Shown: piece after piece, positions 25,742 through 40,300 of the stretch | How positions within the stretch are numbered: the stretch's first letter is position 1 | Layout of the letters: every line of letters begins with the position of its first letter | Assembly: GCA_043228905.1 (NCBI GenBank) | Contig: JBHGNT010000009.1 | Coordinates: 682,001 to 746,000 of the forward strand | Source of the DNA: Azolla caroliniana | Taxonomy: Eukaryota > Plantae > Polypodiophyta | Direction of reading: 5' to 3' | Length of the DNA stretch: 64,000 nt | Program-made: the position numbers and the translations under genes | Notes under the pieces: model-generated | Told to the model about the DNA's origin: nothing | Databases searched by the model: none | Seen by the model: the letters and a program-made list of their open reading frames with translations, nothing else

Positions 25742-26596
25742 CTCCCTAATCCCTCTAAGTGCCTCATTCTAAGAGACAATTTTCTAATATATATGTTGTA
25801 AATCTCCACATCAACTTCAACAAAGATGATGGAAGTTGACCATCATTGATCAATGTTGCGAACGTAGACATAAATGGGATGGATGGGATTGTGATGAGTT
25901 TGTGGAACCCCGAACAATTCAAAAAATGTATTAAGATGTTCAAGTTTTTTCTTTTTGTCCAAGTAGGTGAAAGAGATCAATATCTAGTATGTGTCCCAAC
26001 ACACACACACACACACCCCTCTAAAATTAGAGAGTCAACTATCCTCTTTCTCTATATTTCTCTACATAAAGTTGTGAAGGTATAGGAATTGTATTGGTGT
26101 GAAGTCTTAGTAATTGTATGGTTGTAAATCCTAAGGTTGTAAAAGTTGAAGTGCATTACTCATGCATTTTCCAAGTAAATCTAGGTGTATAAAAGCAATC
26201 TCCTCTCTAGTTGATATCAAGAAGATCAACCTCAACCTTGGGACATTAACCATGGTTTGTTTTATCATTTGCTCATATTTATTTGTCTAATTCTCATATC
26301 TCCATCTTACCTCTTGTGTCAATTTCTTGGGTTATACTAGGTCCCTCCCTTCATCTAATTATGCTCATTTGTATCCACATATTTGATTATTGTTATCCAA
26401 ATCCTTCCATCAAATTTCACTTGTTCTCGTTTGTCCATTCCCTCATTTGTTCGCACTCTCACTCGATCTTTTGCTCATTCATCGCAAACAAATGTTTGCC
26501 CACTTGGTCATCCTCCCATTTGATCTTCCAATGTCTATGACAGTGTGATGAATTAAGATAGTCCATTTGCTCAAATAACAATAAAAGTTCTAATTA

Positions 26597-26600
<4 letters not shown>

Positions 26601-26689
<89 letters not shown>

Positions 26690-26703
26690 ATATATATATA
26701 TAT
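26601..26703. repeat. Compound (CT)n(AT)n microsatellite
   Basis: Seen directly. Confidence 0.95.
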
Positions 26704-29700
26704 TAATAAGTCTCAACATACATTTATGTGAATATGACAACATGTAGCACTTGAGTTACACTCTTAGACCACATGAACATTTATCAAGGAACACAAATCT
26801 CACATTTATTGTAACATCTTATATTAATATTAGGCCTATTTCCAAGCTTTGTAACTACTAACAACCATTAGATATAAATATGACACATATTTACTACTCT
26901 CAATATAACATTCTTATCTTTGTTGTTAATTATATGTTTCAATTAACCAATCACACGGTTCTAGAGTTTATTAACAACCCATGGATGTATTTGTCCATTT
27001 ATTTGATGCATTCCATTTATATATCTTGAGGAATAAATGCATAATTATCGTAATCACATTCATTCAATGAAGTGAGAGTTGCATGAAATGAGTTATGTTG
27101 AACCTTGTAACAATGTGAATAGAATAAATTATTCCATTCACATAGGTGAAATTTGATTTTCCTACCTAACCTCTAACAAATGCAAAAACAAGCGAAAATT
27201 AATGTCATAGGATATATTGTGATATTCTGATCATGAAAGTATGTCTGTATACTTTATGAATGTTGAAGTGTTTGTCAATATTTTGTTGAATGAAGATTCA
27301 AGAGATTATGAAGTAAATATAAATTTGACAAATTAAAGTGTTGTCCAAATTAAACTTCTTCAAGGAAACCATTTGAATATTTCTTATGTTTTTGTACTAA
27401 AGTAATCTATTTATTAAAAACATTGAAGTATTCACTAAAGTATCTAAAGCGATTAGAAAAGGTGACAAATTAAAGCAGTTGATTTGTTCTACGTGTGACA
27501 CATGTATCTTTGGACTTCTCATCTACACAATACTTCCAATTTAATTTTATTGTCTTCATACAAGATTCTTATATAATTATCTTATAAATTGAGGATTTTA
27601 CTGAAGTTGGTAGAGTGATTACTAAAGTGAATAACACAATCTCCATATTCTACAGTTTTAAGGCTGACTATTTTTGTTTTGTACAAAAGCAATCTATTTA
27701 TTCCAAACTAAAGCAACTTATGGGCCGGACACACACTCCAAACCACGTGGTACTCGCATTTTAAATTTGTATTGTTTGATTTACTAAAAAATTTCCTTTC
27801 AAATACATATATGAGCACAATTATTCAAGTAGCTATATCCAATCACTAAAATACCTTTGTTGCAATACTAAGCAATTAGTAAAGTATAAAACCTAAACTT
27901 ACTAACAATGCCATGTGATTGGATGGTGGCTTTCGATGCATGTCGTATTTCAATTTAATTAATCTACTTATTAATTGTAGAAAAGCATTAATTAGAGCAA
28001 TTACATATTAGCAATTATAAAAATAATGTATTTATTCCATATCGAAGTTATATGTTCATTCTAGCAGTGGCACACGAATTTATTGGTGTGGCGACCTTGG
28101 AACCATATAGTGCTTCCATTAAAGTTTATTAAGATAAAATTACGGGTAATGTTCCATTTGAATATAATTAAAAAGTGTTTAGTAAAGTGACTAAAGGAAT
28201 TTTTTTTGTGGAGCAAGTTGTAAGATAACTTTTGATGAGCTTTTGAAACCTAGTTTATTGAATGGACAATGATGTGTAAAATTATTACATGTCCATCCTT
28301 GAAGCTTCCATGATCGTGCATAAACCTTATGGATCATCCACATGTATGCTCAACACATTATACATGGTGTTTCCTACATGACCCATATAACTTTATAAGT
28401 ATTAATGAGTTAGTAAGGAGTTGTACACTTAAGGGAAAGTTCTAAAATACGCCTGAGTTGTTTTTATTCCTGAATTCCCATGATAAACTCTTCTCAACAA
28501 TCAATGTATTGCTATGATATGGCAATGTTGATTATTATGATACCTTATCCTCATCATGTACATTGGAAGAGTTACACATGTTTTGGAGTTAATGGGATAT
28601 TGTTGCGAGTATGTTGATTTGTGTGGTAAGACGCTTGCCTCGATGACTAACTGATCGAGGAATACATGTTACATCATTATGTGGGGTAATTCAAAACAAC
28701 GTAGTTCAAGATGCTAATGTTTGTTTTGTCATTTGCATTGTTGTTGTCAACCATAGATCCCAATAAGACCTTTCAATCGGGCACCTATGTTAATTAAGGC
28801 TATTGCAATTGGGGTAATTTTACTCTTGGATGGGAGATCAAATGCATTTGAGAGCAAGGGATTGAATACAAATGTTGACCATTATTATGCAAACAAGAGT
28901 TTTTCCATGTAGTTCGCACTTTGAAGGTATGGTGTCATTCCTCGTGTCATGTTTTCGAGATCATGTTTGACTATGAAACTCTTAAGTGATTTGTAAATAA
29001 ATCAAACAAACATGATCTTAAGTGGCTTGTTGACAAGAAATCCTTTATGACTTTGACTGTAAAGATTAAGGCATCATCGAGACAAATATGATGTATTTGA
29101 AGATGCCCTAACTCGTATACCCAAATTGTGTGCTATGCCTTTTATTACATAATGAGTTATTTCCGGGTTAGGTAACATGGAAGCTGTGGCAATGAATCCA
29201 TGTGCAAGGCTTCATAGAAAGCTGTAAAAATAAGATAGGGTTCACAAGTGCACTAAATAGTCACTACTTCATACTAGACACCACTTTATTTTTAGAAGAA
29301 CTAAGATTATGGAAGGGGTTTATCATGAAAAGGGGTTATTACTTTATAATGAAGCATTTGTATACCTAAGGACCATGACTTCATTCATCTTATTCTTCAA
29401 GAGTGGTGTTATATAATAACACAACATCTTGAGATATGTATGAGGTATGTCCATGTGCAATGTCCATTTAGTAGTTCAAGACATTTGATTGTTTGAGAAT
29501 AATGGAATACAAAAGATTCATCGAATGATTGAGCCTCCTTTGTTGAATATATTGGCTATTTATGGAGCAAAACCCAAGTATGAAGTATCTTGATATTTAA
29601 GCAAAACATATGTATTACTTGAGTTGTTTACTAGAAACATTGTAATTGTTTACAAAAACACTTGAAATGAAAACAAAAAAAACAAGATGGCAGCTCACTA

Positions 29701-30105
29701 CCACGTGCATATAACAATAATTTATGACGAGGCATTGCACTTTTATTAAAATAAATAGTGGGAACAAATCTAGATTTTCATAAACCCTTAATTATAAACG
29801 CGAATGCCAATTTATAATTTAGTATTAATTAAAATTGACATGCTTGTAAGTACATCAAACTAGTGTAGGCCTACATACATACATATATACATATCAATGC
29901 AACTCGGAAACACAACTATGTTTAGTCATTGTTGAATCCAATTTATGAATGGAAAATGAATCTGGTAGAAGTAAGACAATTGTGTAATCATGAACGCATC
30001 AAAACTACAAACTTGCCTTAGCATCGACTTTTGCATCATGCACATCCTCATCAAAACATTCATTTGTTTCCTTCTCATTCGGCTCTACAATATCAAACAA
30101 CAAGG

Positions 30106-30557
30106 TGTTGTCAATCTCCCATAAATAGCCCCAATTAGGATCATCTTGTCAAGAGAGAGGGAGAGGGAGAGAGAATTGAATGGAAAATATAATTTATACT
30201 GCACTATAAGATGGATTACAAAGAGTAGGCAAAACAAAGAGCTCTAGAACGGTGTTGAACCGGTTTAGGTTTGAGATGATTAAGAGATGTCTATTTATAG
30301 GTCCCTATAGAGTATTCTAGAAGGTTCTAGAATCTAGAGCAATCTAGAATATAAAGTACTCTAGAATAGAATGTTTTATGATATCCTATATATTTAGATT
30401 ATAATTCTTTATACTATATATATAAACATATCATTACAATGACGACACATATATAACAAGGTTGTGGGTTCAAATCCTTTTGAGGCATCATGTGAGTGTC
30501 ATCATGACAAAGCATCATCATTATGTGAGTGGCGTCATGACACTATCCCCCTTCTTT
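30106..30557 (-). mobile_element. Probable 3' LTR with polypurine tract (minus strand)
   Basis: Minus strand reads AAAGAAGGGGGATAG (30557-30543) then TGTCATGACG at 30542, with TATA-like CCTATAAATAG near 30300. Left boundary approximate. Confidence 0.55.
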
Positions 30558-30567
30558 GATGACACGT

Positions 30568-31309
30568 TGTCGTGAAGGATTTGTTTCACGATATAAAAAT
30601 AAACTTCAATATTGTATTAAGTACCATTTGAGAGACTTGAACTCATACCTCACACACCAAAGACGAAACATATTCCATTAGGATAAGTTATTTTCTATAA
30701 TTATATTTTTATCATCATACTTATGACATGTGTAGCTTCATACATTAGAGCTTAGATGAGCATGATGGTTATCATGCATCACATGTAAAGCATGTGCGCC
30801 AAATGGCGATCATGCATGCCATGCACCCCCATATCATCATATGCATGAGAGAACCTATAAAGAGAGGCAATGAATTAAGGGATGAATCAAAGGGAAAACA
30901 GGGTAATCAATAAAGAGAAAGTAATAAATCAAACAATTAATTAAGCAAAGAAGCTAGCTCATTTGGGGAAGTGTCTTGTCTCTCAATGTTGAAGTTGAGG
31001 GTTCAAATTAAGAGTCGGTAGAGAAAGGTTTCATTTTGCTATCAAGCATTGTAAAGTTGGTAAAATCTTGTTTTCTTAATATAAATCATGTTCATATCAT
31101 ATACTCTTGCTTCTTAAATCATACATTGTCTCTATCTTTTATCTATACTCGTCTCACTCACACACATTACTTTGTCTTCCTATCCTTGATCTTTCTAACA
31201 TCAACGCACAAGCCTTATAAAATATATAGCCAACTTCCTTTAACCTTAGTCCCTACGACTTCGCCGCACAAAGCACAATTACCCCGACACAGTTGGTGAA
31301 TCCAACGTG
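30568..31309 (+). mobile_element. Probable 5' LTR followed by a tRNA-Trp-like PBS
   Basis: TGTCG...CGACA ends (30568-31289) and CCTATAAAAG near 30855. TGGTGAATCCAACGTG at 31294-31309 approximates the complement of the plant tRNA-Trp 3' end. Confidence 0.55.
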
Positions 31310-31913
31310 AAGGTGCCAGAATCAAGCTCAACTAGAAGAAAACCTAACCGAATAGGAAGAATAATAAGAAGAACTAAACCCTAATCAAGAGAAGAAAATG
31401 ATAGAGAACGGAAACTAGAACTAAAACCCTAAAACGAAAATAGGGACAAGAGAAAGAAGAACTAAAACCATAAGGGTCTACCTCCAACGACAAAATGGTG
31501 ACCCCTTACCCCTTTTTATAATAGAAAGGGGAGAGGCTTATTACAAAAGGAGAGGTCAAATTTTCCACTCCTTTCAAAGGGGGAATATTTGCTTTGACCT
31601 TAGGAGGAGAGATTGATGGGGCCTTAACTCCCCCTCCTCTCATTTTCACACACAACCATGCCCTGTACTTATTACACCCGCACTTCCATGCACTCCCCTT
31701 TAGTCTACATGTGCATGTGCACCTAAGTGCACATCACCTTTATACTTCACGAACTTTGTAGTGCACTTTTAACACCTTACATTTTACCCTTCCTTTTACA
31801 TTTGTTTTCTTGTTCTTATTTTACAAATTTCGTAAGTGCATGTGCAACGTTGAACATCCCGTTTTATCTGTCCCACTCGGGTTTTCTCACCATACCCAAA
31901 AATCCTCATGACA
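31308..31913 (-). mobile_element. Probable LTR (minus strand) in the nested cluster
   Basis: On the minus strand it starts TGTCATGAGG, ends CCTTCA and has a TATAAAAAGG box near 31515. Confidence 0.5.
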
Positions 31914-34396
31914 CTGGCATCTGAAGGTGTTAAGTTGTCTCGCCTACGTACACGTAGCAAAGGACAAGAGAGTGGCATTGGATCTGAAGTCCCAACCATG
32001 CATATTCCTTGGATACGGTGATGATGAGTTTGTCTATCGAGTATGGGATTTGGTTGACAATAAGGTTTTCCGGAGTCGGGACATAGTCTTCATGGAAGAC
32101 AAGACCTTTATCAACTGGGAGTCGGAGAAGAAGACAACGAACTTCGGGTCGACCGACAGAGATCTGTCAGAAGATGCAAGGACCCATTCGGCCGGAAGCC
32201 GAATGACACTCGAAGAACTAGTCGGAGTCGGACAAGAAACCGAACCGACTGAAGAAGAAGAATTGGACATCAGAACCAGATAAGACCCCGAATCAGATTC
32301 GGATGAAGAACAAACGGAGGAACCAATGGTTGAAAATCAGGGATGGAGATATCCTCTAAGAGAGAGAAAGGCCCCCAGAGATTTCCGATGAAGAGCGAGT
32401 ACTACTAACTGACGAGGGGGAACCGGAAAGCTTCGAAGAAGCAAAGAAAGACACCCACACCCACAAGTGGTTAAGTGCCATGCAGGATGCATGGATTCCT
32501 AGCATCAGAACCACACGTATGAACTGACGGAGCTACCGAAAGGAAAGAGAGAGCTCCAGAACAAGTGGGTGTACAAGTTGAAACCGGGAGACGACGGAAA
32601 TTCACCAAGGTACAAAGCCCGCATTGTGGGGAAGGGCTTCCAACATAAGAAAGGAGTGGATTTCCATGAGATCTTTTGCCCGATAGTGAAGATGACATCC
32701 ACCCGGACGGTGCTGACCATAACAACAAGCATGGACCTCAAGGTAGAGCAACTAGACGTCAAGACGACGTTCCTACATGGCGACATCGAAGAAGAGATCT
32801 ACATGCAATAACCGGAATGGTTTGTCAAGAAAGGGAAGGAGCACTTGGTGTGCCGATTGAAGAAGAGCTTGTACGGATTGAAGCAAGCTCCCCGACAATG
32901 GTACCAGAAGTTCGACTCCTTCATGACCGACCAAGGATACCACAAGACGTAGGCCGACCATTGTGTATTGGTGAAGAATTTCGATGGAGGAGACTTCCTG
33001 ATACTACTGTTGTACGTGGACGACATGCTAATCGCCAAACGAGACCATATCAAAATCAGGATATTGAAGAAGGCCTTGAGCCGATCATTCACAATGAAAA
33101 ATATGGGTCCGGCAAGGCTAATATTGGGGATGCACATAATCTGAGACCAATCGAAGAAACAATTGTGGCGGTCACAGGAGAAGTATGTGACGAAGGTGCT
33201 TCAAAGGTTCAACATGTCGGATGTTAAGCCGGTCGGGACGAAGGCAGAGTCCGAAGACAAAGGCAGAGAAGTTAGAAATGATGAAGATATTATATGCCTC
33301 CGCAATCGGAAACCTCATGTACGCAATGGTGTGTACACGACCAAATATTAGATATGTAGTCGGAGTGGTTAGCCAGTTCATGAGCAATCCGGGAAGAGAA
33401 CACTAGGCCATTGTCAAGTGGATACTCTGGTACCTGGAAGGCACCTCGAGCATGTGCCTCCGATTCGGCTCCAGTAAACCTCTATTGGAATTCTTCACTA
33501 ATTTGGACATGTTGGCTTATGCGGACACCAACCGGTTGACATCCGGATATGTCATGACATATGTAGGGGGGTCGTACCATGGCAGTCGAGGCTGCAAAAT
33601 TTCGTTGCAATGTCAACAACGGAAGCGGAATACATGGCAACTATAGAAGCCGACAAAGAGGTAATCTGGATGAAGAACTTCATTGGAGAGCTAGGGATCC
33701 AGCAGGAGGAATTCCGGCGCTACTGCGACAGTCAAAGTGTCATCCACCTTGCAAAGAACGTGGCTTACCAATCTCGGACCAAGCACATCCAGAGGAGATA
33801 CCAGTGGCTCCAGGAGAAAGTAGAAGATAAAGAGTTTTCGATGACGAAGATCCACATGGAGGAGAACGAGTTGGGCATGCTGACTAAGGTGTTGTCATTT
33901 GAGAAGCTAGACATGTGCCGGAACCGGATTGAATTGACAAGTCATCTGATGTCGAAGTGAAGGGGGAGTTTGTTGGGAATTCGGTCTTTCCGGATGGGAT
34001 CCGGATGAGAATCGGATAGGCCGGATCGAACGAGCCAAATGAGAGAATCAGACCGAATAGATCCGGTTGGTATCCGGCCAGACATTAGTTTATGTATATG
34101 TTCCAATGTGACTATTTCAGGTCATATTTGTAAATAACCCCAAAGTTATATGAGTATAAATATAACTAGGGCAATATTGTTTTAGCAAGTTGTTGTTAGT
34201 GGTCATCATTATTGTTGTACAGAGAGCGAGAGAGATACAAAAAGTCATTTCTATTGTAACCACCGGTAGGTGAAGATAGAGCTTGAGGTCGTTGCCTCTG
34301 TGTCTCCCATTGTACCCTTCCTCTCATAGTGATAGTTGGAGTCGGTGGACCATTATGTGATTGAGGCCCGGTTGTGGCCGAGCACTGTTTTCAACA
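31914..34396 (+). mobile_element. 5'-truncated Ty1/copia (Tnt1/Tork-like) element: integrase C-terminus, RT, RNase H, PPT and 3' LTR
   Basis: HLKVLSCLAYVHV..CIFLGY; YKARIVGKGF..QLDVKTTFLHGD; LLYVDDML; STTEAEY..YCDSQSVIHLAKN..RTKHI. PPT GAAGGGGGAG precedes LTR 33971-34396 (TGTTG...CAACA). Disrupted by stops. Confidence 0.92.
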
Positions 34397-35499
34397 GAAT
34401 CCACATTCATGTCCTCTACCCTTGATGTCATAAAGGACCAAGAGAAAATTATTTTTCATGGAATAAGAATGAAAACAAATTCAACTATATGGAGAATATG
34501 ATGTGAGGCCCACAATGAATGCTGAGTCGGTGTAGGGATGGCAAATATGCAAGTTTCTTATGTGTGGTGTGTGTACCTTAATCACAAGGGAGGAAGGAGT
34601 TAATTTATAGCCAACGTATTAAGAGAATTTGCCTCCCCCCTCTCGTCTATTTTTTTCACTTTTCCTTTTGTAACTCTTGTTACCCGGGTGCCAATGCCAA
34701 TGGCCATGTTGCCTACACGTATAAAAATGATTTGAATAGCCATTACCTGACACTACGATTGATTTTCCATTTGATTTCAGGGATGAGAACGAGGTCTCAA
34801 AACTTCTAACAACTACTTAGGGAGGAATTGAGGGTGCAACTTAACTACTTCAAGAAGCTATTGTTGTTTGTGAGGATGGTAATCTAGTTTTTGAAATCCA
34901 CCACCAAGATTGTCTTTAGTTAATGATGTACTAACACCGAGGAAGTACATTGGTAAAGCATGATCCTCCCTTGATTGAGATTCTTCCAAAGCTATAAACA
35001 TGAGACGATTTGTAAGTTTCTTATTTTCATGCACTTAGGGCATTCCTATATTGATTAATAGCTTCATATTTATGGGTATAGAAATAAGTGTAGACAAGAC
35101 TAAGTGTTTTGGTAACATTATTGTCTTTTGTAACAAAGTGTGTCGAGTTCAAGTTTTTGAAATCATGTAAAATATGGTGAACAATTTTGTTATCGTCGTA
35201 GAACAATCTCTTCTTTTCTTTTTCCCAAAAAAGTAGAACAATCTCTTATAGTAGCTGCTTGGCAAATTGTATCGATTTGAGCTACTATAAGAAATTTGAG
35301 TGGGTTACTCCGAAGAAAAGATTCACATAAGGAGAGAACGGCCCGTTGGCCGGCCGGTCAATTTTTAGATAGGTAGATGTAGGCAATCGATCCCTACGTT
35401 GAGCCTTGAGATTTGGACACCCTAAATAAATAAGATATGTCGTGTAGATATTTCACAATTTAAGTTTCCATTTGTTGCTTTTTACCGAGAATCGGAAAT

Positions 35500-35507
35500 T
35501 AGGGTTT
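35500..35507 (-). promoter_or_regulatory. Telo-box (AAACCCTA) near the probable UFD1 transcription start
   Basis: TAGGGTTT on the plus strand, upstream of a candidate 5'UTR donor TCT|GTGAGT at 35584. Confidence 0.5.
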
Positions 35508-37306
35508 CCTTTTCTCCTTCACAGAGCCCGACAATGGATTCGATCAAATTCTGAAGATTCGAACGATTTCTCTCCTTCGATCTGTGAGTGCATTTATTAT
35601 TATTATTATTATTTCTTGTTTGTTCTTCTGCTACCTTTTGTTTTATAATATCTCTGTACTGAAAACATTAGATAGAAAATCTGATGAAATCGCGCATAAG
35701 TGATAACTCAGTCTCAACGTGCGTGCATACTTTCTTTTATTTGCTATCTCTTTTGATTTTCTAGAATGCTTAATTGATAACTACAGGCAGAAAATCTGAT
35801 GAAAAATCATAGAAATTAGTGATAAACTCAATCCAAAGTCCATAGTTATGTTGCAACAGATTGTGGCAGCGATAGAACAAAGAAGAATATAATAAATAGG
35901 GAGCTTAACTCAAACAATAGATCTCAAAACAACTATTTTTTGTAAATTGGCTGGAACTTTTGGTAAATTGTTTTAATCCTCTATATGAAAATGATCATCA
36001 CCAATATTCATTGAGAATGTCCCCAACTATTAGTCGTTATTTGGAACTTTTGGTAACTTTGTTTTACCTCTCAACACACAGAAGTTAGTGTTAATAGTCT
36101 ATTTCCAGTGACAATGTCCATAATTATATTCGTTAGATCCATTGAAACTTGGTTGATGCATCAATGTATTAGAGTTTAAAGACAATGATTGTAATATTTG
36201 GGCATTGGTTCCATTGTAATGTTCAATGAGTTGGTTTAATGTTGGATTCCTACAAAGTGTTAAAATGATTGTTATTTATGGAAATCAATCATGGGTCCTC
36301 TACAAATATATTGATGTAAATCTAGTTCAAGGTGCCATCTTGCTTGGATCCCGAGAATAAAAAGGAGAGGTGTACCAATGTGTCGTTAATATCAATGTGA
36401 TCAGTTAAGGAAACCAAAAAATATTGATCTTTAAGGAAAATGACCATATTCCAGTATTTACCAGAGATTCTATGCTAATCTAGATCAAGTACTATCTTGT
36501 TTGCTTGTATCCAAGAATAATGAAAGAGAGATTTACTGATGTGCATTCAAGTCCAAGTAGTCTATAAAGAATACCAAAACAGCCCGATTCCTAATGCTGC
36601 TCAGGGGCGAGATAATTTAGTTAAATTAATTACCTTAGGTTCAAATCTCAACATGTAAAGACCCACTTACCTTTTTTATTCTACCCTATTGGAAAGCCCA
36701 TTTTGATGCCGACCAAATATTCACATGTATACGACAAATCATGTGGTGGAATGATTTTGGAGATGGTTTACAAGCATGCAGTTCATAACTATTATCTATT
36801 GGTTGAGTAGTGGTGAGGATCCATCATATCTGAGTATGGTTGGTGTGGTGGAGTGAGGCTATGAAGAAGGTTGCCAAGTGCATTTGGACGTCCTTGTGCA
36901 GATAGAACATGGTGAACAATGATATCCATGATCTAGTGATAGCATGGCCCATATGCCTTTTACCCATCAACAACCTCCCACTTAAAGGGCTGAAGAGGCT
37001 CGTTTAAGCTTGGAGTTTTTAATGTTCTACAGTTTGTTGTGCATGTTATCACAACATTTTACCCCTCAAATACTTAAACTTTCTTACTCTACAGTTTTTT
37101 GTGCATGTTATCACAACATTTTTACTCGTTTGTTTTTTCCACGAAAAAAACCCTGCAGAAGTGCAACTGTTTATGCTATATTTGATTGTTTTGTGAAAAA
37201 CACATTGATAAAGTATTTGTTGCAGATAGCCAAATATATAATTTGGTGGTAGATAAACAAGTCAGAAAACCTGGCAGACTTCAACCACGTCGGTGATCCC
37301 TTTGCC

Positions 37307-40300
37307 ATGGTAATGGATCAAAATTTTCCATGTTCTTTGTTCTTCGTTGTTATGGAAACATTGGAAAGCGTGAATGTTTCGTAACTAAATACAAATACTG
37401 CAAGTTTCATGTTATGCCTCTATAAAATTTCTGACATATGAATATGCTTATATTTGCCTGCATGTACCCAGCAATGCAAAGAATTTATTCTTATTTCTGT
37501 TTATACTGTCATTGATTACATAAATGAATGCTGGAATATACATGCAGATATCTTTAAATAATTGGAAGGTTTCTTAGCTAAATATAAATACTGCAAGTTC
37601 TATGCTATGCCTAAATAAAATTTTAAACATGTGAATATGTATATAAAAATCTAACTGCGTGTACATGACAATGCTTAGAATTTATGCTTATTTTTTATGA
37701 AGATATAGGATATAGATGGATACTGGAATACACATGCAGATATGTGAAAACGTTACAACTCCTTTGAACCTCTTTCAATGCATGGAGAATTGCACATCCA
37801 TTGATGCTTGATGCTATAGGAGCCGAAGGACATTGGCACGAGTGTTGATAGAAATTATGGGGGTATATATTCTATGGTTGAATAGGAGAAACATAACAGT
37901 GAAAGAAGAAGAGGGGGTTATTAGAACCTCAAAATGATATCTATAGCAAATGCCAAACTATCCCCAGAAATCTCCATTTAGATGAAAGTTGGCTGAACCT
38001 ACGATACAAAACAAAATGAATGATTAAATAGGGATGTGTTATCCACAAGGGCAGGTATGAATGATGGTGAACGCATGTAACTTGGAATGATATGGAATCG
38101 TTGAATGATTGTTTTCTTTGACACACATTGACAGACTACTGGCGATTGATTGTTTTGGAGTTTCGCCAATAGTTGATCTGTTGAGATAGAAATTGAGGCT
38201 GAAAATTTGAAATAAAGCGTGGCTGCCACTGAGAAAGAAGCAGCTGAGATTTAAGGAATGCGAGGGACAAGAGATGGTGGTGGATGAGGGCTCTGACACC
38301 ATGTTAGAAATTATGGAGGATAATTTATTAATCATGTTAGTAACTGTTACATAGGGGATAAATTGTAAATCCCAGAAAATCCTGGCAAGTTTTCATAAAC
38401 AATCTAATTATAACTTACAAACATCTAATAATGTACACACTACAATGTACAGAGCTTAAAGGATGTTCTGTGTGAGTGCACTAATGTGCAGTTTCTATTT
38501 CTGCAGTTCTATGGAGGGTATGGTTTCCCTGGTGGCACATTTGAGCAAAGTTATCGGTGCTATCCGACTAGTTTCATGGATAAAGTAAGTGATTTATATA
38601 TTTGAGCGTTTTCTATCATACCTGAACTGCTAACGGATATCTTGATTTTCACTCTTTTTTGGCAGCCCCAATTGGAGAATGGTGATAAAGGTATTATTGT
38701 GAATTTCATTATTTCTTCGTCCACTCAGCATATTGTTTGACTTTCTTGCTCAATCTTTGCAGTCATCATGCCTCCATCAGCCCTCGATCGACTAGGTATA
38801 TGTCTCCTAATTGAATATAATTTTGATAGGCAATTTAGACAGCCATGCACGTCAACAATGGAACTTAATGTTTCTCTTTATGGAACCATTTTTATAAACT
38901 CTACTGCAAGAATTCATTCTAGTTTGACATTTTACTTCTATATAGTACAAAATACACCTAAGAGCCTGTACCCAAACCTCATAATTTTTGTAAAGGATTA
39001 TGTATGTAGAGAAAGTGGGTCATTTTCAATTATAAATTGGATGTAACAGCTATACTGTTCTGTTTTTTGCAGCATCATTGCGAATAGATTATCCAATGTT
39101 GTTTGAATTGCATAATGCTGTAACAAATCGGGTTTCTCACTGTGGAGTGCTAGAGTTCATTGCTGAGGAAGGGATGATATATATGCCATATTGGGTATAC
39201 ATTTCTCTCTGTGCTGTAAATAGCTATGTGATTTGCCTTCTTCACTAAGCCATTAGAAAATTGCCCATTTTTTCTGCTCTAGATGATGCAAAACATGCTG
39301 CTCTCAGAGGGAGATATAGTTCGAGTTAAAAGTGCAACCTTGCCGAAGGGTACATACGTCAAATTGCAACCACATACTAAGGACTTTCTGGACATTTCAA
39401 ATCCAAAAGCTGTGTTGAGTATCACTTTGTTTTCTTGCCTCGCACCCTCTGGTTGCTGTTCTCGATTCCCAACTTTGAAATTTGAACCATTTACAGATTA
39501 GAGACGACACTACGGAACTTCTCATGTTTGACTGTGGGAGACAATATTATGGTTGCTTATAATAACAAAAAATATTATATTGATATCATAGAGGCAAAAC
39601 CATCATCAGCAATCACCATTATTGAAACAGATTGTGAAGTGGATTTTGCTCCACCTTTAGATTACAAAGAGCCAGAACCAGTCCTACCTAGTGCTCCGTC
39701 CAATAATATCACCACCTCACAAGGTATTTCTAAATTTGATTTAAAGTTTTATGAAATCCTGGTTTAATTTTAGTAGATCATACTTGTACGCATGGTTTGT
39801 ATATCATTGTACTTCAATCATAGCCTAGTTATGTACGAAAACTATATAGATTAAGTAAAATTTATTTTTGGCTTTCTTTTACAAGATTCCTGTAAGATTC
39901 TCATAAATATAACTTTGGTCTCATAGGTCACTTAAAGACATTCATATAAGATTTCATTTTTGTCTCATATGGTGGATCCTCACAGTTGCCACATGGAGGA
40001 ATGTTGGGGCAATAAGTGTGTTAAAGAGCCAACCTGGTTCTTGGTTTCTGAAAATGTATGTTAGCACATTGTTCTTCTAGGGATCCCAAGGCTGCAAAAC
40101 CATGCACCTGTCGTATCTCTGCTGCCTCTCATGTGGATTTTTGGGCCCTTAAAATTGATTCCTAGGTATACATATGATTTCACATATGGAGATGTCCAAT
40201 TGCAGAGAGATTGAGTGGTTCACGAGCATGCTTAATAGGGTAAGCCATACTGATACTATATGCTGATGACATTGTGTTGATCTCTGGCTTTCCAGATGGA

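Noticed and set aside
39412-39420. Possible non-canonical splice donor in UFD1
   Set aside because: GT|GTTGAG is still a GT-AG intron and keeps the frame (KAV|LETTL).
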